A stretch of DNA of 52,656 bases, from positions 1 to 52,656 of IMG/VR virus record IMGVR_UViG_3300049893_002244; one strand, 5' to 3'. Origin of the DNA: a virus. Lineage: Duplodnaviria; Caudoviricetes. The translations under genes and the position numbers were made by a program. A model generated the notes under the pieces. It did no database searches and was not told where the DNA came from. It saw only the letters and a list, made by a program, of their open reading frames with translations. Positions 47,301 through 52,656 of the stretch are shown one piece after another. Each line of letters starts with the position of its first letter. The stretch's first letter is position 1.

Positions 47301-47401
47301 GCACCGGTATCAACAATACCGTTATCACGAACGACACGTCACAGACCGTCACGGTGTTCATGGACGGCAACCGCACTGTCACCGCGATGTTCTCGCCATA
47401 A
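44396..47401 (+). CDS. LamG/Ig-like Pro/Thr-repeat putative virion protein
   Basis: KITDL..L start typical of fibre proteins; He_PIG-like F.YQI.ATN.PT..SA; (PT)n tracts. Confidence 0.8.
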   Translation: MSNQKITDLNRLVVGNVVAGDLIPIVDVSATSSATGETKAITVEQLGQYMASGGFFEWNMPQQSFQNANGLRFTGSASNVSLNDRCYSSFPMQGNEYTLMVRAAIPENFFATSSQRVLFGLGESAYDLTSNGNQSFIGVRNNDLVGYISGLPAYLTSSNFVTNNQSHAFEAVMTVNRGTASLYINGDFVTSGSGYVGTTSSFAVMGNGVEIGPNIDCTIYEAHVFNIALAPSAVKSMFYSGVNCASGQLISSYLSENLNPGPTQWLDAVGTNHMLIPTGSNVRATNPSKRFQLYFKQSGSGYLGNGTKRDVLPDNYVLTECFLYTTGSALLTIGTSASVAPYGASGVGSWRDNRVGLVNAIFNRNNLPLTEFGVAHTEKSIYTFLSSSNAPCTFSFVGYVSEYGPLYYTPPAPVITSSLLLNGEVNGAFNYQIGATNAPTRYSASGFTWGSIGINPTTGTLTGTNYGAAGTYYGFVFASNLYGTGSAAVTMSLVPQPTPTPTPTVTPTPTPTSTPTPTPTVTPTPTPTVTPTPTPTVTPTPTVTIGPTPTPTPTPTPTPTPSGATLASVRSFVDGFEAGITGSVAGNTVTLTALVTDATHTVSLITMTISGPTSQTWNYSGGALTYSGNDITKNESFTFTTAGTYTLNVTGINVAGANYASSIQINVASAPTPTPTPTPTPTPTPTPVADLTYTSADYVGWIYSSGWYYGTRYANNFNAGFIVNGAAGATSVQVYVCDDGAGNFPYPMNIVITENGSTIASATGVTAAQTFNISTSELEDGKSYNVAVTFNGSPNSAVKCRVSTSITAGSGKFVDSSLATSGQTSGPSGMGWTDGYITIHGAPAGCNIPYLSVADNTIGGYMTSNNTYYQRYWNFNGDTTTSPAYKTNTTHGGGDFNINASWNMQGATSFELGISRYAPPNPSTPNYTLTTNTSGDGSVTAGGTYAAGTTHVLVATEGSDFWDGWNSTGTGINNTVITNDTSQTVTVFMDGNRTVTAMFSP

Positions 47402-47479
47402 GATTTGGCCGAGTTATTTTACTTGGCCATTTCTTATTTTTAACTTGTATATATAGAAAACTAGTCTATATAACAGGTT

Positions 47480-48691
47480 ATGAGTAATCGCAAAATCTTC
47501 GTTCAAATCGCGTCTTATCGCGACCCCGAGTTGCTTCCAACAATTCGTGACTGTATCACCAAGGCTGCAAAGCCGGAACTTCTCACCTTCGGCATTTGCT
47601 GGCAACGTGATGAAAACGAAACAATGGCTGAATTCGCCAGTGACCCACGTTTCACCATTTTGGATATTCCGTGGCAGCAGAGCAAAGGTCTTTGCTGGGC
47701 TCGCAGCCTGATTCAACCGATGTGGAAGGGTGAAGAGTATACCCTTCAGCTTGACTCACACCATCGCTTCTTGCAAAACTGGGACGAAGAGCTTATCGAA
47801 ATGATGCGACTCACCGGCAGTCCGAAGCCAATTGTGGGCTCATACGCTGGCATGTATTCTCCCAAAGAGAACAAGCTGCTCAACGTTGACCCATACAAGA
47901 TGGTTCCGTCCAATTTCACGGAAGGCGGCACGATTCTTTTCTATCCTCACAGCATCGCTGGTTGGGAAAATCTCAAGAAGCCAATCCGCGCCCGCTTTGT
48001 CAGCGGTCACTATTTCTTCACCATCGGTCAACACTGTCAGGAATACAAGTATGACCCGAACATCTACTTCGCGGGCGACGAAATCAGCTTGAGCATTCGT
48101 TCGTTCACGCTCGGTTATGATTTGTTCCATCCCCACAAAACCATCATCTGGCACGAATATACCCGCGAAGGCCGCACAAAGCACTGGTCAGACCATGACC
48201 AAAAGCTGAAAGAGCAGGGGTTGACTGAACTCACTTGGTATGAGCGCGACGTGGCATCCAAGCGCCGTTTGCGTCACATGCTTCGTGAAGAAGACAACAA
48301 CATCGACCTCACGATTTACGGTCTCGGCACCGTTCGCACCCACCACGACTATGAGTTGTATGCTGGTATCGATTTTGCCAAACGCAAACTGCATCCTCGT
48401 TCTATCCTTGGCGACGAGCCACCAATCAACGATACCACCGATTGGGCCAAGCTTGAGGAAAAAGAATACAGTTACACCCTGACCCTGCCTCCACTCGCTG
48501 ACCAGAACATCAAGTTCATTTACGTTGGCGTGGAATCTCAGCACGGTCGCGTGCTTTTCCGCCAAGACCTCGCCGCTTACACCCCAACCCATGATGTAAA
48601 ATTCAAGTCATTCGATGAACCAAAAAAGTGGGTATTCTGGCCGCATGGCACTGATGGGCAATGGAAGAACCGGGTAGATACTCCGCTCTGA
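47480..48691 (+). CDS. GT60-like polypeptide alpha-GlcNAc transferase
   Basis: IFVQIASYRDPEL..T, G.CWAR, LQLDSHHRF..NWD, F.GDEISL..R.FT.GYDLFHP. Confidence 0.85.
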   Translation: MSNRKIFVQIASYRDPELLPTIRDCITKAAKPELLTFGICWQRDENETMAEFASDPRFTILDIPWQQSKGLCWARSLIQPMWKGEEYTLQLDSHHRFLQNWDEELIEMMRLTGSPKPIVGSYAGMYSPKENKLLNVDPYKMVPSNFTEGGTILFYPHSIAGWENLKKPIRARFVSGHYFFTIGQHCQEYKYDPNIYFAGDEISLSIRSFTLGYDLFHPHKTIIWHEYTREGRTKHWSDHDQKLKEQGLTELTWYERDVASKRRLRHMLREEDNNIDLTIYGLGTVRTHHDYELYAGIDFAKRKLHPRSILGDEPPINDTTDWAKLEEKEYSYTLTLPPLADQNIKFIYVGVESQHGRVLFRQDLAAYTPTHDVKFKSFDEPKKWVFWPHGTDGQWKNRVDTPL

Positions 48692-49440
48692 TGAACGAAA
48701 AATTCCTCATCATCCTCTTCTATTATAACCGCCCAAACCTAGTCAAATACGGACTAAACAGCGTCAAGGGACAAGCATACACCAACTGGGAGATTGCGTT
48801 CATTGATGATGGTTCTGAGACTCCGGGTGAACCCATCGCACGTGAAGTTCTTGGTGCAGACGCACACAAAGCCAAGTTTTATCGCATCAACGACACGATA
48901 GAAGAGAAGATGAAGAGAAACGGCGTCAACGGTTCTCTCATGGGCAAGTATGCCAATGAAGCTATCGCCGCCAGCAACGCGGATTATGTTTTCATGCTCT
49001 GCGACGACGATTCGCTTTATGGCGACTATCTTGCCAATCTGAGGCGCTGGTTTCTGGAACATCCCTCAAAAAACTACGTTTACAGCCACATCAAGCAATA
49101 TAATCCGCCCGCAGAGATTCCAGTGGAACCGCTCGAATTCAGGAATCACACTCTGAACAAAACGGGCACCATTCACCCATACTATGCGCTGGATATGTCT
49201 CAAATCGCTTGGCGGCGCAAGGCATTCATTGACTCCAAGATTGAGTTCCCATATCCATTCACGGTGAACATTGACGCGGAAGTGTTCTTGCAGATGGCAA
49301 GAGAATGGGGGCATGTCGATTTCTCCGGGTTCATTGGACAATACAAGGCCATCCACCTTGACAATCTCAGTCATCGCATGGGCAATGTTATCGGAAAGAG
49401 GCAACAAACAACTCACGTATACGAAATAGGAACAAAATAA
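48691..49440 (+). CDS. GT2 family glycosyltransferase
   Basis: YYNRP....SV..Q.Y.NWE...IDDGS; LCDDD. Confidence 0.85.
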   Translation: MNEKFLIILFYYNRPNLVKYGLNSVKGQAYTNWEIAFIDDGSETPGEPIAREVLGADAHKAKFYRINDTIEEKMKRNGVNGSLMGKYANEAIAASNADYVFMLCDDDSLYGDYLANLRRWFLEHPSKNYVYSHIKQYNPPAEIPVEPLEFRNHTLNKTGTIHPYYALDMSQIAWRRKAFIDSKIEFPYPFTVNIDAEVFLQMAREWGHVDFSGFIGQYKAIHLDNLSHRMGNVIGKRQQTTHVYEIGTK

Positions 49441-49441
49441 C

Positions 49442-50461
49442 ATGACAGAACTATGGTTTTACAGTGGTCGGGTGGGAAATTGCATGTTCATGCACGCATT
49501 CACGCGCATCGTTGCCGACGCGCTTGGCACCGCCGTCAATATTCCCAAGGGCACGGAAATAACCGAATTCCCTCTTATCGCTGAAGCCACCAAGGACGTG
49601 GCCAAACATGACGACAAATTCACGATGAACGAGCATCTGCCACAGAACGTTCGCACGATAGTCCACGACAACGACAACATGGCGTGGTTTATCGACCCAC
49701 ATTTTCAGGGCAAGAAGGTCGAGAAATATTCCGACATCATCACGGTCAAGAAAATCTTGGACACCCCGGATATCCACAAAAAGTGGCTGGTTCTTCTCGG
49801 CAATTTCGAAATCGGAGACAACTATCACGCATATCGCAACAAGCTCAAAGCTTGGTATAAGTTCCCAGAAATCGACATGAGCAAGTTTGAGTTTTTCAAG
49901 CTGCACCCGGACCTTGGCACAAGAAACTGGTTTAACCGTTACGAGTTTGATGGTAATATTCATCCCGACGACCTTGTTATTTCTCTGCGCTTGGAAGACT
50001 ATACCAACGACCAGAACAAGGACCGTTTGCTTGGTTTCGATTTCTTCAAGATTGTCCTTGAGAGCCGCAAGTGGAATCGCGTGTTCATCATTACCAACCC
50101 GGGTAGCATTGGGCACAACAACCAATATCAGTATCTCAAGGAGTTCTATCCATACGACCCAATTTTTGTGCGCATTTACGACCGCCCGATTATGTCGATG
50201 GCCTTCGGTGCGAAGTTTCAGCATATCGCCATCTCGCAGAGCACATATTCGTGGTGGGTAGCATTCTTGTCAGACGCCAAGACGGTTTACTATCCAATGC
50301 CAATCACCGGCCCGTTCGCGCTAGGAGACATGAAATATCCTGCGTGCGACCTGCGTGTTCCTCTTTCTGAATGGAAGTATGTGGACTACGCCACAAGAAC
50401 GGTTCTTCCTGACGACTATTACAAGCGCATCGACTATACCAACCGCTCATGGAAAACCTAG
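49442..50461 (+). CDS. GT11-like (alpha-1,2-fucosyltransferase-type) glycosyltransferase
   Basis: GRVGN.MF, LRLEDY (HxRxxDY variant), SQSTYSWW.AFL. Confidence 0.8.
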   Translation: MTELWFYSGRVGNCMFMHAFTRIVADALGTAVNIPKGTEITEFPLIAEATKDVAKHDDKFTMNEHLPQNVRTIVHDNDNMAWFIDPHFQGKKVEKYSDIITVKKILDTPDIHKKWLVLLGNFEIGDNYHAYRNKLKAWYKFPEIDMSKFEFFKLHPDLGTRNWFNRYEFDGNIHPDDLVISLRLEDYTNDQNKDRLLGFDFFKIVLESRKWNRVFIITNPGSIGHNNQYQYLKEFYPYDPIFVRIYDRPIMSMAFGAKFQHIAISQSTYSWWVAFLSDAKTVYYPMPITGPFALGDMKYPACDLRVPLSEWKYVDYATRTVLPDDYYKRIDYTNRSWKT

Positions 50462-51249
50462 AAATTCACACCCTGATTTGCAAACGCGATGTCAATCTGT
50501 GGATTGATACCATCAAGCTATTCAAGCACCACACCGGTTTGAATTTTCTCACCGTCGTTCATGAAGATGGCTCGTTTGATGACATGGACATACTCACGTT
50601 GTCAATGGCTATCCAACCATTGAAAATATGGCGCAGGAAGGATGCTGATGCTGCTGTGGCTCCACTGCTCATCAACCATCCACACTGCTTCCATTTCCGC
50701 TTCGCGGCCCATCATACCATTTTCAGAATCAAGTTGTTTGACCCATTCCTGCTTTCTGAAAGCGGTCGAGTGATTCAGATGGACGCAGACATTCTTTTCT
50801 GCCGTCGCCCCGAAGCATTGCTTGATTGCGTTCGCCGTGGAGTTGGTTTCTATTTCCGCGACACGTGGTCTGCTTACTGCGTTCCATTCCGCGATGAAGA
50901 CAACGACACAACGATTCGACGCAACATCAATGCGGGCATGACTTTCTTTCCGTCCAAGAGCCACTTCTCACTTGACGAAGTTGAAAAATGTTTGGAGATA
51001 TTATATCGCCACGGTTCTCGTGGAGCCACTCACCCGTTCTTGGAACAAAATTGCATCGCGTATCTAATCAGCCGTCAGTTAGAAAAAGGCATCAATTTTT
51101 CTCAATTGCCACACCCGGACTATTGCATTCCCACATTTGGTGAGTTTCGTCCAGAACACGGCTGCGTTGCTCTTCATTTGAATAGCTCGCCGCTCGTTGG
51201 TAAATTCAAGGACGCCCACTACCAACACGAACTCAGCAAGATTCGCTGA
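50449..51249 (+). CDS. GT-A fold glycosyltransferase (GT8-like)
   Basis: KLFD, MDADILF DxD motif, INAG, EQ. Confidence 0.7.
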   Translation: MENLEIHTLICKRDVNLWIDTIKLFKHHTGLNFLTVVHEDGSFDDMDILTLSMAIQPLKIWRRKDADAAVAPLLINHPHCFHFRFAAHHTIFRIKLFDPFLLSESGRVIQMDADILFCRRPEALLDCVRRGVGFYFRDTWSAYCVPFRDEDNDTTIRRNINAGMTFFPSKSHFSLDEVEKCLEILYRHGSRGATHPFLEQNCIAYLISRQLEKGINFSQLPHPDYCIPTFGEFRPEHGCVALHLNSSPLVGKFKDAHYQHELSKIR

Positions 51250-51295
51250 GTTCTTATAGATTGACTTTTGTTTGTGTGCTCCCTACACATAAGGG

Positions 51296-51733
51296 ATGAC
51301 AAATATCTATTCGCAGTTGTCCCGGGCATCAAAAGGCGTGATACAATCGCTAGAAAAACAAGGCTGGGAATTCTTGGACGACTCTTGGGAGTATATTCGC
51401 AAGGGCGACGAATACAAGGATGTTCGTTTCAAGAGCCCGAACATGAGACGATTCGCGAGTATACCAGAACGCCATTGGAAAGAAGTCTCTTTGGAATATC
51501 TCTTGGAGCGCGAAGCGCACCACGCTGCGAACGACTGGGCCAGCGACGTGTTTCATTATACGAGCGTTGTCACCAATCCAGTCACAAAGGAATTGAAAGA
51601 ACATTTCTTGAAAACGAAGAACAGCAAATTTTCCCCGCTATATGCCTCTTCCGCCGAATTTGATGTAAAGGTTTCTCCGAACATCGCCAACAACACCCCC
51701 AGAAAAGTCAAAGTGACAATTGAAATCATATGA
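51296..51733 (+). CDS. hypothetical protein
   Basis: Leaderless, 35 nt after TTGACT 51261. Confidence 0.75.
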   Translation: MTNIYSQLSRASKGVIQSLEKQGWEFLDDSWEYIRKGDEYKDVRFKSPNMRRFASIPERHWKEVSLEYLLEREAHHAANDWASDVFHYTSVVTNPVTKELKEHFLKTKNSKFSPLYASSAEFDVKVSPNIANNTPRKVKVTIEII

Positions 51734-52434
51734 GTTACAACTTCCATAATGGACACGTATTGAACGAAAACCAAATTCAAGAGAACTACAACTACTTCCT
51801 TGAGTTTTTGAAAACAAGCTTCAAAGGCGAACGCCTCGAAGGCTTGCTTCACATGTATAGCGAAAACGAGCTTGGCTTGTCTCTCGCAACTGCGCCAGCC
51901 TCATCCTATCTTCATTTCCACCATGCGTGGGAGGGTGGTTATCTCCAACACGTGTTGCACGTTGAACGAGCATCTCGTGGCGTGGCCAAACTTTATGCGG
52001 CCATCGGCGGCGAAGCCAGTTTCACAGACGAAGAGCGCATCTTCGCCGCACTGCACCACGACCTTGGTAAGCTTGGTGACGTTGAAAGCGGTCCCCAATA
52101 CATTCCAAACACGAGCGAGTGGCACGTCAAAAACCGTGGCGAAATCTACAAGTTCAATCCCAAGTTGCAATTCATGACAGTTCCAGACCGTGCCCTGTTC
52201 CAGCTTCAAAAGTATGGCATCAAAGTCACGATGGCAGAAACGCTGGGCATCAAGCTCGCAGATGGTCTGTATGACGAAGCTTCCCACGACTACTTTATCA
52301 CCAAGAACAGCGACCAGAACCTCAAAACCAATCTGCCGTATGTTCTCCACGTTTCAGACCTTCTCGCTTGTCGTGCTGAACACGATGAATGGAAGCGTTT
52401 GAATTCATCCGAAAACCTAAAGGATATCGAATGA
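51730..52434 (+). CDS. HD-domain phosphohydrolase
   Basis: APAS...HHA..GG...H, HHDLGK, D. Confidence 0.85.
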   Translation: MSYNFHNGHVLNENQIQENYNYFLEFLKTSFKGERLEGLLHMYSENELGLSLATAPASSYLHFHHAWEGGYLQHVLHVERASRGVAKLYAAIGGEASFTDEERIFAALHHDLGKLGDVESGPQYIPNTSEWHVKNRGEIYKFNPKLQFMTVPDRALFQLQKYGIKVTMAETLGIKLADGLYDEASHDYFITKNSDQNLKTNLPYVLHVSDLLACRAEHDEWKRLNSSENLKDIE

Positions 52435-52656
52435 GCAACTACAAATCGATAAAAAGAAATGTGAAGCAAATCGAGATGTTGATTCAATCTCTGGATTTTG
52501 AACTAGAATCCCGAGATTTGCAGGATTTGTAATTGGCAACCCGCGTTCAAGACATTGCTTACTTCGTCGATAAATTGAAGTTGGAAGCCAACCGACTCGC
52601 AAGAAACAACAAAGATTAACACACATGAAACTCAAACTGACACGACCCGAGGTCTA

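Overview
This window is best read as a segment of a large lytic dsDNA (jumbo-type) bacteriophage genome; the host is not identifiable from sequence alone. About 0.7-32.2 kb is a single-strand array of roughly 90 mostly small ORFs. About 50 near-identical sigma70-like promoters (TTGACWTTTHATAA-N-CANNNT) punctuate it, driving leaderless genes and often overlapping the previous gene's TGA stop. The array is flanked by two TCTAGG(G)TG-repeat non-coding elements. It carries an SF2 helicase, an Rnl1-type RNA ligase, an ArfA-like peptide, a truncated NaeI-like endonuclease, HNH and PD-(D/E)XK nucleases, two minimal kinases, a PRTase and a Fido/AvrB-like protein. It also holds two boxA-marked RNA operons with three tRNAs, a ~790-nt GOLLD-like RNA and several unexplained structured or tRNA-like RNAs. 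About 32.5-52.6 kb uses a second promoter class (TANTTATA-N4-10-ATG). It encodes a methyltransferase, PhoH, four Pro/Thr-repeat (mucin-like) LamG/Ig-type putative virion proteins, a four-gene glycosyltransferase cluster (GT60, GT2, GT11, GT-A) and an HD hydrolase. All family calls come from motif recognition by eye; no searches were run.
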